Positions 27,001 to 37,100 of a stretch of 64,000 nucleotides of DNA are shown here, one piece after another (position 1 is the stretch's first letter; every line of letters starts with the position of its first letter). The notes beneath the pieces are model-generated. The model searched no databases, was not told the DNA's origin, and saw only the letters and a list, made by a program, of their open reading frames with translations. The position numbers and the translations under genes were made by a program. The stretch comes from Woeseiaceae bacterium (GTDB lineage Bacteria; Pseudomonadota; Gammaproteobacteria; Steroidobacterales; Woeseiaceae): contig JABDQH010000030.1 in assembly GCA_013042375.1 (NCBI GenBank), positions 16,800 to 80,799 of the forward strand, given 5' to 3'.

Positions 27001-27615
27001 CTATTCCCTGTCCTGGCGCCGATGCAGCGCTTCGACGAGCTTGATGGCTTCCTTTTCCATGTCGACGACGAGCGTGTCCACGCGCGAGCGATAATACCGA
27101 TAGCCGATGAGCGCAGGAATCGCAACGGTGAGGCCCGCCGCCGTCGTGATCAGCGCCTCGGCGATACCGCCCGCGAGCACGGTCGGGTCGCCGACGCCAT
27201 GCGTCGTAATCGCCGTGAATACCCGCACCATGCCGATGACCGTGCCGAGCAGGCCGAGTAAAGGCGAAATCGCCGCCACCGTGCCGAGCGTCTCGAGGTA
27301 GCGCTCGAGCTCGTGCACGACATGCCTGCCCGTATCCTCGATCGCGTTCTTGAGCACGCTGCGCTTGCGGTTGCGATTGATGAGGCCGGCCGCCAGGATC
27401 TGTCCCAGCGCCGAGCCCTGGTGCAGCGTCTGGATCTGCTTCTGGTCGAGCTGGTCTTTCTTGACCCAGCCCCAGACCTTGCTGGTGAGATCCTCCGGGA
27501 TCACGCGCTTTTGCCGCAATGTCCAGAAGCGCTCCAGGATGATGCCCGTCGCGATGATCGCGCAGAGGATGATCGGCAACATCAACCAGCCGCCAGATTT
27601 GACTATATCAACCAT
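27001..27615 (-). CDS. exbB: ExbB/TolQ/MotA-family proton channel protein
   Basis: 204 aa from ATG 27615 (MVDIVKSGGWLMLPIILCAII...). Conserved C-terminal TMs (LLGLLGTVIGM, ALITTAAGL). Confidence 0.8.
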   Translation of the reverse strand: MVDIVKSGGWLMLPIILCAIIATGIILERFWTLRQKRVIPEDLTSKVWGWVKKDQLDQKQIQTLHQGSALGQILAAGLINRNRKRSVLKNAIEDTGRHVVHELERYLETLGTVAAISPLLGLLGTVIGMVRVFTAITTHGVGDPTVLAGGIAEALITTAAGLTVAIPALIGYRYYRSRVDTLVVDMEKEAIKLVEALHRRQDRE

Positions 27616-27679
27616 AGATGCCCGGAACGAATCGGAAAACGGGAATATACAACAGTATACCGGTGGCGACATGACCGGT

Positions 27680-30004
27680 TCATGGTCCAGCGTGCCAGAA
27701 ACGCTGTCGATCGTGACGCTCCTCGCGCACCTCGGCGATGCCCTCCGCGGCACAGACGCGCAGGTACACGGCCCCGCTCGTGGCCGTATTGAGCAACTCT
27801 GCGCCGACGGCTTGCCAGCGATCAACGATGGCCTCTTTGGGGAAGCCCCAGCGATTCCCGTAGCTCGCCGACACGATGGCAACGACAGGACTCACCGAAT
27901 CCACGAACGGCACGCTCGACGAGGTCGTGCTGCCGTGGTGCGGGACGATCACCACGTCGGCGCCGAGCTGCGTTTCAGCCTGCACTAGCGAGCGCTCGGC
28001 ACGTGCCTCGATGTCGCCGGTCAGCAGCATGGCGTGGGCCCCTGCCGATACACGCAGCACGCACGACGCGTTGTTGCCGCGGGCCGCTTCGCCCGCGTCC
28101 GGGTGCAGGACGTCAAAGCGGATCGCGCCCGACCACCAGGACTGCCCGAGCGCGCACTGCCAGGCCTCGGTGCCGGGCAAGGCCTCGCCGACGAGTGTCG
28201 GCCCGACATCGAAGCGCTCGTGCAACACGCTTGCGCCGCCACTGTGATCGAGGTCCGCGTGCGAGATGACGAGCCGATCCACGACGCTGACGCCCCGTGA
28301 TTCGAGAAACGGACCGATAACCTGCTCGACCGCGCTGCCGCCGCCGCGCCAGGCCATACCCGTGTCATACAGGACGACCTCTCGCGATGTCTGCACGGCG
28401 ACGGCCAGGCCCTGGCCGACATCGAGCGTCCATGCGTCGAAGCAGTCCGGCGGTGGCGGTGGCGGCTTCCAGCTCAGGATGCCGACGATGCCGAGTACCG
28501 CGAGCTGCCGCCCCGGCCAGGACCGTGGCAGCAGCACCCAGGTCAGCGGCAGCAGGAGCAGCAGCGCGGCCCCGCCATTGAAACGCGGCAATGTCCACGT
28601 TGCCGGCACCGTGCCCAGGGCCAGCCGAATCACGGCATCCAGGCCGTCGACGCTGTGCGCCGCAAGCCGCAACAGGGCCAGCGACGCCGTCTCCGACACC
28701 TCGCCGACGATGAGCGCAGCCACCGTCAGCGGCACCGTCACGAGGCTGAACAGGGGCACGGCCACGAGATTCACGGGTGTCGCGAGCGGCGTGAACCGCT
28801 GAAAAAACAGCGCCGTGAGCGGCAGCAATCCGAACAACAGGAAAACCTGCATGATGACGAGTTGCCGCGGCGCCTCACGCCAGCGCGGGCGCTCCGCAAC
28901 CGGCGCCTGCCGCTGCGCCAGCCATAGCAGCAGGGCCACGGCGCCGAACGACAGGTGGAACCCCGGCGTCAGTGTCGCGATCGGGTCGGTGACGAAGACC
29001 ACGAGCCCGGCCAGCCCGACAATCGCGGGCCCCGCGAGCTGGCGTCGTCGCGCCAGCGCAAGGGTCGCGGCGAGCAACATGATCGAGGCTCTCCGTGCCG
29101 GCACGCCGAAGCCCGAGACGAGCGCATAAGTGACGGCGCACAGGGCGCCAACGGCAAGCGCGGCGACGTAATGATTGCCCCGGCACGGCATGAGACCGGC
29201 GATGCCGAACGCGACGACGAAAGCGGCCAGCGCCGCGAGGCCGACGTGCAGGCCGGAGATCGCCATCAGGTGCGTCGTTCCCGATGCCGCGAAGCGATCC
29301 CATTGTTCGCGCGATACGAGGTGACGCGCGCCCGTGCCGATAGCCGTCAATACGGCGGCCGCGGTATCCGAGCCGGCCGCGATGCGGGCGCGCCGGGCGA
29401 AGCGATCACGAAAGGCGTCGACGTTCGAGGCCGTGCCCGACCACAGCAGGCGATTGCGTTTGCCGGTGACGACGTAGCCGGTGGCGTGATACTTCTCGCG
29501 AAACAGCCAGGACTCGTAATCAAAGACCCCGGGGTTGATGGTGCCGCGCGGACGCCTGAGCCGCAGTTCGAGCTCCCAGACCTCACCGATGAACGGTTCG
29601 ACGGGCGGGTCGAACCAGCTGACCCGCATGCGCGCCGGGAGCCTCGGATCGTCGACGGGCTCGAGCGTCATCGCCACGGCATCGCCCGTGCGTTTCGGGA
29701 AATCGGCGATGCGCACGGCCGCGAGCATGCTGTCGCCCTCGAAGCGGGCATCGAGGCGCCCCGCCATGACGTCGGTGCCGGCCGTCATGAACATTGCGAA
29801 ACCGGCAAGCACGATCGCAGGTGCGCGCGACCGGGGCAGCGCAAGGCCGCACAATGATGCAACAAACAGCAGGCTCAGGCAGTCTGACGGTAAAGCGGGC
29901 GTGGTAAGCTGCGCCGCCAAACCGCCTGCCAGCAGCAGGAAGCAGGATTTGACCACGGGTTGCGGCGCGACGCCGGCAGCCTCCATGGAATCCGGACGGC
30001 ACAC
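27680..30004 (-). CDS. comEC: ComEC/Rec2-family DNA internalisation protein
   Basis: Polytopic competence domain plus a C-terminal metallo-beta-lactamase domain (ISHADLDHSGG). Start is either GTG 30004 or ATG 29986. Confidence 0.8.
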   Translation of the reverse strand: MCRPDSMEAAGVAPQPVVKSCFLLLAGGLAAQLTTPALPSDCLSLLFVASLCGLALPRSRAPAIVLAGFAMFMTAGTDVMAGRLDARFEGDSMLAAVRIADFPKRTGDAVAMTLEPVDDPRLPARMRVSWFDPPVEPFIGEVWELELRLRRPRGTINPGVFDYESWLFREKYHATGYVVTGKRNRLLWSGTASNVDAFRDRFARRARIAAGSDTAAAVLTAIGTGARHLVSREQWDRFAASGTTHLMAISGLHVGLAALAAFVVAFGIAGLMPCRGNHYVAALAVGALCAVTYALVSGFGVPARRASIMLLAATLALARRRQLAGPAIVGLAGLVVFVTDPIATLTPGFHLSFGAVALLLWLAQRQAPVAERPRWREAPRQLVIMQVFLLFGLLPLTALFFQRFTPLATPVNLVAVPLFSLVTVPLTVAALIVGEVSETASLALLRLAAHSVDGLDAVIRLALGTVPATWTLPRFNGGAALLLLLPLTWVLLPRSWPGRQLAVLGIVGILSWKPPPPPPDCFDAWTLDVGQGLAVAVQTSREVVLYDTGMAWRGGGSAVEQVIGPFLESRGVSVVDRLVISHADLDHSGGASVLHERFDVGPTLVGEALPGTEAWQCALGQSWWSGAIRFDVLHPDAGEAARGNNASCVLRVSAGAHAMLLTGDIEARAERSLVQAETQLGADVVIVPHHGSTTSSSVPFVDSVSPVVAIVSASYGNRWGFPKEAIVDRWQAVGAELLNTATSGAVYLRVCAAEGIAEVREERHDRQRFWHAGP

Positions 30005-30006
30005 GA

Positions 30007-30531
30007 ATGCCCAGACGCATTTTCAAGCGATTCGCCTTCAAACGGCATGAACTGTCGCAGAAATGGTTCATGACGCCGTTTCGGCACATGCTGAACGACC
30101 CGCGATTGTGGGGCGTGCGGCGGCGTTGGGTCGTCCCGGCTTTCGCGATCGGCCTGTTCGTGGCGTACCTGCCATTCTTGGGCCACACGGTGATCGCAAT
30201 GTTCATCGCCCTGGCACTGCGCGTGAACATCCCCGTGGCCGCTGTATCGTCATGGGTCGGCAACCCGGCCACGTGGGTGCCTATGTACTATCTCGCCTAC
30301 AGGCTCGGTTCGGCCATACTGGGCACGGACATGCAGCCATTCGACTTCGAACCAAGCTTCGACTGGATGAGGCATACATTCGTGCACATATGGCAGCCGC
30401 TGCTGCTCGGCAGCCTCCTGCTTGGGGCCGCGACCGCCACTCTCGGTTATTTCGCACTCGACGGGCTGTGGCGCCTGTCGCTCGCGAAGTACAAGGCGCG
30501 CAAGCGAGGTACGCGCAAAGACTCAGCCTGA
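30007..30531 (+). CDS. DUF2062 family membrane protein
   Basis: 174 aa; RLWGVRRRWV...GLFVAYLPFLGHTVIAMF...GNPATWVP pattern typical of DUF2062. The same neighbourhood (comEC / lolD) occurs in Pseudomonas. Confidence 0.7.
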   Translation: MPRRIFKRFAFKRHELSQKWFMTPFRHMLNDPRLWGVRRRWVVPAFAIGLFVAYLPFLGHTVIAMFIALALRVNIPVAAVSSWVGNPATWVPMYYLAYRLGSAILGTDMQPFDFEPSFDWMRHTFVHIWQPLLLGSLLLGAATATLGYFALDGLWRLSLAKYKARKRGTRKDSA

Positions 30532-31206
30532 CGGCCTGAGAACGCCGTCCTCGAGGACAAGGACCCGGTTCATGCGACGGGCGATCGAGTGATCGTGCGT
30601 CACGATGACGAGGCTCGTGTGCAGTTCCTCGTTGAGTTCCAGCATCAGGCCGAGCACGTGTTCACCGTTGCCGGCATCGAGATTGCCGGTCGGCTCGTCG
30701 GCCAGCACGAGTTGCGGGCGCGTGATCAGCGCACGCGCCACAGCCGCGCGCTGCCGTTCGCCACCCGATAACTCGCCCGGCTTGTGCGTCAGACGGTCGG
30801 CGAGTCCGACGCGTCCGAGCAAGGCCCCTGCCCGCTCCAATGCCTCGGGTTTCGGCACTCGCCGAATCATCAGCGGCATCGCGACATTTTCCTCGGCCGT
30901 GAACTCGGGCAGCAGATGATGGAACTGATACACGAACCCGATGTAGCGGTTGCGCAGGTCGCCCTTGGCAGACTCGCTGGTGCCGTGCATCGCGGAGCCG
31001 TGGACATACACCTCGCCACTCGTCGGTTCATCGAGTCCGCCCATGATCTGCAGGAGCGTCGTCTTGCCGGACCCCGACGCGCCGATGATCGCGACCCGTT
31101 CGGCCGGCTGCACGGCGAGATCGACGCCCCGCAACACACGCAGGGTCGAACCGCCCTCGCGAAATTCGCGCACGACGTTGCGACACTCGAGCACCGGTTC
31201 AGTCAT
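30523..31206 (-). CDS. lolD: Lipoprotein-releasing ABC transporter ATP-binding protein LolD
   Basis: Walker A GASGSGKTT, LSGGERQR, Walker B LADEPTGNLD. Downstream of two LolC/E permeases. Confidence 0.87.
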   Translation of the reverse strand: MTEPVLECRNVVREFREGGSTLRVLRGVDLAVQPAERVAIIGASGSGKTTLLQIMGGLDEPTSGEVYVHGSAMHGTSESAKGDLRNRYIGFVYQFHHLLPEFTAEENVAMPLMIRRVPKPEALERAGALLGRVGLADRLTHKPGELSGGERQRAAVARALITRPQLVLADEPTGNLDAGNGEHVLGLMLELNEELHTSLVIVTHDHSIARRMNRVLVLEDGVLRPSG

Positions 31207-32449
31207 ATCTTAGAGCCTCCGCCGGGGCGGTCCTGGCCGCTACCCAGGCCGGGTACAAAGTGGAAACAAGCGCCAATGCCAGCGCGATGGCGGCGATGCG
31301 CACGACGTCGCCGAGCTGCAATTCTGACGGCAGGTCGCTGATGAAGTAAACGTCGGCCGCCAGGAACTTGATGCCAAACGTGGCTTCGAAGAAAGCGACT
31401 ATGCCCTCGAGATTGAGGGCGGCGAGCACGCCGAGCAGGACGCCCGCCAGCGTACCGACCACACCGACGATCGTGCCCTGGGTCACGAAGATACCGAGCA
31501 CGCTCGATGGCTTGGCGCCGACCGTGCGCAGAATCGCAATGTCAGCCTGCTTGTCCTTGACGACCATGACCAGCGTCGACACGATGTTGAACGCCGCCAC
31601 GGCGACGACCATGAGCAGGATCACGAACAGGATGGACTTCGTAATCTGGATGGAGCGAAAGAAATTGACGTGCACCCGCGTCCAGTCACTCACCAGCAGG
31701 ATGCTGCCGTGTGCATGCGCTACCTCGCGCACAATGTCCGGGGCCGCGTAGATTTCGCTGACCGAAAGCCGCACGCCGTTGACATAGCCGCGCATGCGAT
31801 AGAGACGTTGCGCGTCTTCGAGGCTGATGAAGGCCAGCCGCCGGTCGAATTCGTACATGCCGACGCGATAGATGCCGCTGACCGTGAAGCGCTTGGTACG
31901 CGGGATGACGCCGGCCGGCGTGACCATGCCATCGGCCAGCGTAACGGTGACCTTGTCGCCGACGCCGACCTCGAGCGTGTCGGCCAGTTCGACGCCGAGC
32001 ACGATATTGAATTGTCCGTCCACCAGGTCGTCGAGCGCGCCGACCTGCATGACACGGCCGATGCCCGAGACCGTCTCTTCGAGCCCGGGCTCGATGCCCC
32101 GCAGTTCGGCGCCGCTCAGCGCCTTGCCGGCGACGAGCAACGCCTGGCCATCGATGTAGGGCGCGGCGGCCTCGACGCGCGGATTGTCGAGCGCGGTCGC
32201 CCGCAGCGCGTCGTAGTCGGCGAGCCTGCCTTCGACATCTTCGACATTGGCATGTGCCGTCATCGCCAGTAGCCGATCCTTGAGCTCGCGTTCGAATCCG
32301 TTCACGACCGACATGACAACAATCAGCACGAGCACGGCAATCGCAATACCCAGCATCGAAATCGCCGAAATCAGCGATATGAAGCTGTTGCGGCTGCGTG
32401 AGCGCACGTAGCGGCTGCCGATCCAGGTTTCGAAACGGCCGCTCATCAT
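31199..32449 (-). CDS. LolC/LolE-family lipoprotein-releasing permease
   Basis: 416 aa; MacB-like FtsX permease with a large periplasmic loop. ATGA overlaps on both sides. Confidence 0.8.
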   Translation of the reverse strand: MMSGRFETWIGSRYVRSRSRNSFISLISAISMLGIAIAVLVLIVVMSVVNGFERELKDRLLAMTAHANVEDVEGRLADYDALRATALDNPRVEAAAPYIDGQALLVAGKALSGAELRGIEPGLEETVSGIGRVMQVGALDDLVDGQFNIVLGVELADTLEVGVGDKVTVTLADGMVTPAGVIPRTKRFTVSGIYRVGMYEFDRRLAFISLEDAQRLYRMRGYVNGVRLSVSEIYAAPDIVREVAHAHGSILLVSDWTRVHVNFFRSIQITKSILFVILLMVVAVAAFNIVSTLVMVVKDKQADIAILRTVGAKPSSVLGIFVTQGTIVGVVGTLAGVLLGVLAALNLEGIVAFFEATFGIKFLAADVYFISDLPSELQLGDVVRIAAIALALALVSTLYPAWVAARTAPAEALRYD

Positions 32450-33690
32450 TCGTACCGCAACGCTACGGCCGGGTTGACCAGGGCCGCGCGCCGGGCCGGG
32501 TACAGAGTCGCCAGCGACGTCAGGACGAACGCCGCGACGGCAATGACCGTCACGTCACGCCATTCGAGCTCCGACGGAATGCGCGACACGTAGTAGACGT
32601 CGCCCGGCATGATCTGGAAACCGAACAGCGACTCGAGAAACGGCACGATGACAGGAACGTAGATCGCGAGCACGACACCGAGCACGACGCCGACGATGAC
32701 ACCCGCCCAACCGATAATCGCGCCCTGGACAAAGAACACGCGCACGACGCCGTCGGGCCCCATACCCAGCGTACGCAGGACCGCGATGTCATTGGTCTTG
32801 TCCGTCACGACCATGACGAGGCTCGCGACGATGTTGAATGCGGCGACGCCGATGATCAGCGACAGGATCAGCGACATCATCATCTTCTCTATGCGGATTG
32901 CACGAAAATAGCTGGCGTTTTCGATCGACCAGTCGCTCGTGGTCATGGCGTCGCCGAGGCGCGCCTGCAGCCGCGCCGCCACCGCGGGTGCCGCCATGAC
33001 GTCGTCGGTACGAAAACGAACCGCCGTAACGGCGTCCCCAATCCCGAGGATGCCCGCGGCATCGGCTATGTGCACGAGCGCCAGGACGCTGTCGTGGTCG
33101 GAAAGACCCGCCTCGAATACGCCGCCGAGCTCGAAGCGCTCCAGTACCGGCTCCAGTGTACCGTCGCCCACCGGACGCGGAATGAGCAGCACGACGCCAT
33201 CGCCGATGCGCGCGCCGATTTCGAACGCCAGGACGCGCCCGAGGATTATCCGGCGGCTGCCGGGCTGGAGCACGTCGAGGTCGCCCTCGACCATGTTGAT
33301 CAGGTCGCCCGACAATCCCTGCTCGTAGCCAGGTTCGATGCCATGCACGACGACGCCATGCAGGTCGCCACCCGTGCGCACCATGCCCTCCATGTTCACG
33401 AAAGGCGCCGCTGCCGTGACGCCCTCCTCGCTCGACACGTCGGAGACCAGTACCTGCCAGTCCTCGACGGCACCGTCGGCGGCATTGACCGTGCCGTGCG
33501 CAGACATGCTCAGGAGCCGGTTGCGCAGTTCCCCCTCGAAGCCGTTCATTACGGACAGGATGACGATCAGCGCAGCGACGCCAAGCGCGATACCGACGAG
33601 CGAAATGAGCGTAATGAACGACACGAACCGGGTGCGCCGTTTGGCCCTCAGGTAGCGCATCCCGACGAAGAGTTCGACTGGATTCAGCAT
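32446..33690 (-). CDS. LolC/LolE-family lipoprotein-releasing permease
   Basis: Paralogue of the downstream permease. Start taken at ATG 33690 (MLNPVELFVGMRYLRAKRR). Confidence 0.8.
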   Translation of the reverse strand: MLNPVELFVGMRYLRAKRRTRFVSFITLISLVGIALGVAALIVILSVMNGFEGELRNRLLSMSAHGTVNAADGAVEDWQVLVSDVSSEEGVTAAAPFVNMEGMVRTGGDLHGVVVHGIEPGYEQGLSGDLINMVEGDLDVLQPGSRRIILGRVLAFEIGARIGDGVVLLIPRPVGDGTLEPVLERFELGGVFEAGLSDHDSVLALVHIADAAGILGIGDAVTAVRFRTDDVMAAPAVAARLQARLGDAMTTSDWSIENASYFRAIRIEKMMMSLILSLIIGVAAFNIVASLVMVVTDKTNDIAVLRTLGMGPDGVVRVFFVQGAIIGWAGVIVGVVLGVVLAIYVPVIVPFLESLFGFQIMPGDVYYVSRIPSELEWRDVTVIAVAAFVLTSLATLYPARRAALVNPAVALRYE

Positions 33691-33772
33691 TGGGCCGCAT
33701 TGTGACACAGTTCGCATGTCGCATGCTGTGGCTCGATGCTATAGTCGCCAGACAGATAGCCGGAGAACGATC

Positions 33773-34048
33773 ATGGCCAATTTGCGTAAGATTTCACTGA
33801 TCGCGCTGCTTGCCGCCGCGTGGGGTACCGCCGGTGCCGACACGCTGCGCATGGATGGCGCTTCGGCATTTGAAGGCGATGGCCACCCGACCCGGGGCAT
33901 GAGCCAGGCCAGCGTCGAATCGAAGTACGGCGCGCCTGCGACGGTCAGGGCTCCCGTCGGAGACCCGCCGATCACGCGCTGGGAATACCCCGATTTCGTC
34001 GTCTACTTCGAGCACGACAAGGTGATTCACGCCGTTCGCAAGCGCTAG
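33773..34048 (+). CDS. Small exported hypothetical protein (91 aa)
   Basis: GGAGAA Shine-Dalgarno; signal peptide MANLRKISLIALLAAAWGTAGA-D. The GMSQASVESKYGAP segment resembles BamE/SmpA-like folds; this is only a weak call. Confidence 0.5.
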   Translation: MANLRKISLIALLAAAWGTAGADTLRMDGASAFEGDGHPTRGMSQASVESKYGAPATVRAPVGDPPITRWEYPDFVVYFEHDKVIHAVRKR

Positions 34049-34069
34049 AACCGAGTTCCGTGACACAAC

Positions 34070-34099
34070 GGGGACGGAGCAACGCTCCGTCCCCTTTTT
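34070..34099 (+). terminator. Rho-independent terminator
   Basis: GGGGACGGAG-CAACG-CTCCGTCCCC followed by TTTTT. Confidence 0.75.
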
Positions 34100-34139
34100 A
34101 GTGTGCAATAATCGCGGCCCGATTTCGCCGAGATAAGCC

Positions 34140-37100
34140 TTGCACACGCCCCTGCTCGTTCCCGCCGGCACAAACCTGCCCGACCCCGGCCACGAGGCTC
34201 ACTGGGGGCGGCTGCTCGGTGCCGGGCTCGCGCTCGCGGCCGCCGAGCTGGCGGCCGCAGTCGATCGTCCCCTGCTCGTACTTGCACAAGACCCGCGTCA
34301 CGCGGACCAGCTCGAGGCCGAACTGCGGTTCTTCGGCGGCGAGGACCTCCGTGTCGAACATTTCGTGGAATGGGAAACCCTGCCCTGGGACACGTTCTCG
34401 CCGCACCAGGACATCGTCTCGCAACGCCTGCGCGTGCTCGCCAAACTGCGGACGCTGCAGGGCGGCGTCGTAATCGCCACCGTCAACGTGTTACAGCAGC
34501 GGCTGCCGCCGGTCGAGTACGTATCGGCCCGGTCGTTGTCGCTGCGTGAAGGCCAGGCGCTGCCGCGCGACCAGTTCACGGCCGCACTCGTGGCCGCGGG
34601 CTACCTGCGCGTGCCGCAGGTCAGTGAACATGGCGAGTTCGCGGTCCGGGGATCGCTGATCGACGTCTTTCCGATGGGCGCGGACTCGCCCGTGCGCATC
34701 GATTTCTTCGACGATGATATTGAATCGCTGCGCTGGTTCTCGTCCGAAACGCAGCTTTCCGGTGAACGCGTCTCTGCCATCGATATCCTGCCCGCGCGTG
34801 AAGTGCCGCTCGATGACGATGCCATCCGCTCCTTCCGCGACCGCTACCGCGAGCGCTTCGAGGGCCAGCCCTCGCAGTCGCGCGTTTACCGCGAGGTATC
34901 CGACGGCATTGCGCATGGCGGCATCGAGTACTATCTGCCGCTGTTCTTCGACGACACGGCATCGTTGCTCGACTACCTGCCTGCGGGCTGCGGCGTCATT
35001 GCCCCTGCCGGCAGCGACGCATTGTTCGAGACATTCGATGCGGAACTGCGTGAACGCCACGAGCTGTGCCGCCTCGATCCCGAGCGACCGATCCTCTCGG
35101 TCGACGAGACCTTCGTTGCCGCAGACGAGGTGCGGATGCGCCTTGCATCGTTTCCGTTGCTGCAATACGCGTCACAGTCGCTGGCCGACAGCGCGCGCAA
35201 TTTCGATACGCGTATGCCGCCTGCAATGAAGATCGAGACGCGCTATGACGACGCAGCTGCGTCTCTCGTCAGCTTCCTCGACACGTTCGAAGGTCGGGTC
35301 CTGTTCTCGACCGACTCACCCGGGCGCCGCGAGCAACTCCACGACATGTTGCGCAGCCGCGGTATCGATCTCGCGCGCAGCGAATCGTGGCAGGCGTTTC
35401 TCGATGACGCCCATCGCGTTGGCCTTGCGATCGCGCCGATCGAAAGCGGCGTTCTGCTACCGGGCGCCCGCATCGCCATCATCAGCGAGCAGCAGCTTTT
35501 CGGCGAACGCACGCGGGTGCGCAGGCGCCGTCGCGGTGAGCGCGATCCGGAGAGCATCATCCGTCAGCTCGACGACCTCGAGCCCGGGTCACCGGTCGTC
35601 CACGAAGAACACGGTGTCGGTCGCTATCTCGGGCTCACGACGCTCGAGGCGGGAGGCATAACGGCCGAATTCCTGCATCTCGAGTACGCCGACGGCGACA
35701 AGCTGTACGTGCCCGTGCACGCGCTCGACCTGATATCGCGTTACACGGGCGCGTCGCCCGAAAATGCGCCGCTGCACCGGCTCGGCAGCGATCAGTGGGC
35801 GCGCGCCAAGCGCCGTGCCGTGCAGAAGATTCGCGATGTTGCGGCCGAGCTTCTCGACGTCTATGCGCGGCGCGCCGCGCGACCCGGCCACAGCTTCCAC
35901 TGGCCTGAATCGGAGTACCGGAACTTCGAGTCCGGGTTCCCGTTCGAATTGACCGAAGATCAGGCGCGCACGATCGACGACGTACTCGAGGACCTGGCAT
36001 CCGACCAGCCGATGGATCGCATCGTCTGCGGCGACGTCGGCTTCGGCAAGACCGAGGTTGCGCTACGCGCCGCTTTTGCCGCCGTCCATGACGGCAAACA
36101 GGTCGCCGTGCTCGTGCCGACGACGCTGCTGGCCCAGCAGCACGGCCAGAGCTTTCGCGACCGCTTCGCCGACTGGCCGGTCCGGGTCGAGGTACTGTCG
36201 CGCTTCCAGAGCACGAAACAGGCCAGGGAGATCGTCGCCGGCATGCGCGCAGGCAGTGTCGACATCGTCATCGGCACGCACCGCCTGCTGCAGCATACGA
36301 AGGACTTCCACGACGTCGGACTCGTCGTCGTCGATGAGGAACACCGCTTCGGCGTGCGGCACAAGGAGACGATCAAGTCGTTGCGCAGCGAGGTCGACAT
36401 ACTGACGCTGACGGCCACACCGATCCCGCGCACGCTCAACATGGCGCTCGGTGGCCTGCGCGAGATGTCACTGATTACCACGCCACCGGCCGAGCGACTC
36501 GCCGTGAAGACGTTCGTGTCCGAATGGAACGACGTCGTCATCCGCGAGGCCTGCCTGCGTGAAATCAAGCGCGGCGGGCAGGTCTACTTCATTCATAATC
36601 GCATTGAAGACATCGAGCGTATCGAACAGCACCTTGAGAAACTCGTGCCCGAAGCGATGATCCGCATCGGCCATGGCCAGATGCCGGAACGCGACCTCGA
36701 GCAGGTCATGCTCGATTTCTCGCACCGGCGCTTCAACGTACTGCTGTGCACGACGATCGTCGAAAGCGGCATCGACGTGCCGACGGCCAACACGATCGTC
36801 ATCAATCGCGCCGACCGCTTCGGGCTTGCCCAGCTGCACCAGCTGCGCGGCCGCGTCGGGCGCTCGCATCATCGCGCCTACGCTTACCTGGTTGCACCGC
36901 CCAGGGCGACGATGACCGCGGACGCCATCAAACGCCTCGAGGCAATCGACTCGCTCGAGGACCTGGGCTCGGGATTCACGCTCGCGACGCACGACCTCGA
37001 GATCCGCGGCGCCGGCGAATTGCTCGGTGACGTCCAGAGCGGCCAGATACAGGAAATCGGCTTTTCGCTGTACACCGAGCTGCTCGGCCGCGCGGTCGAA

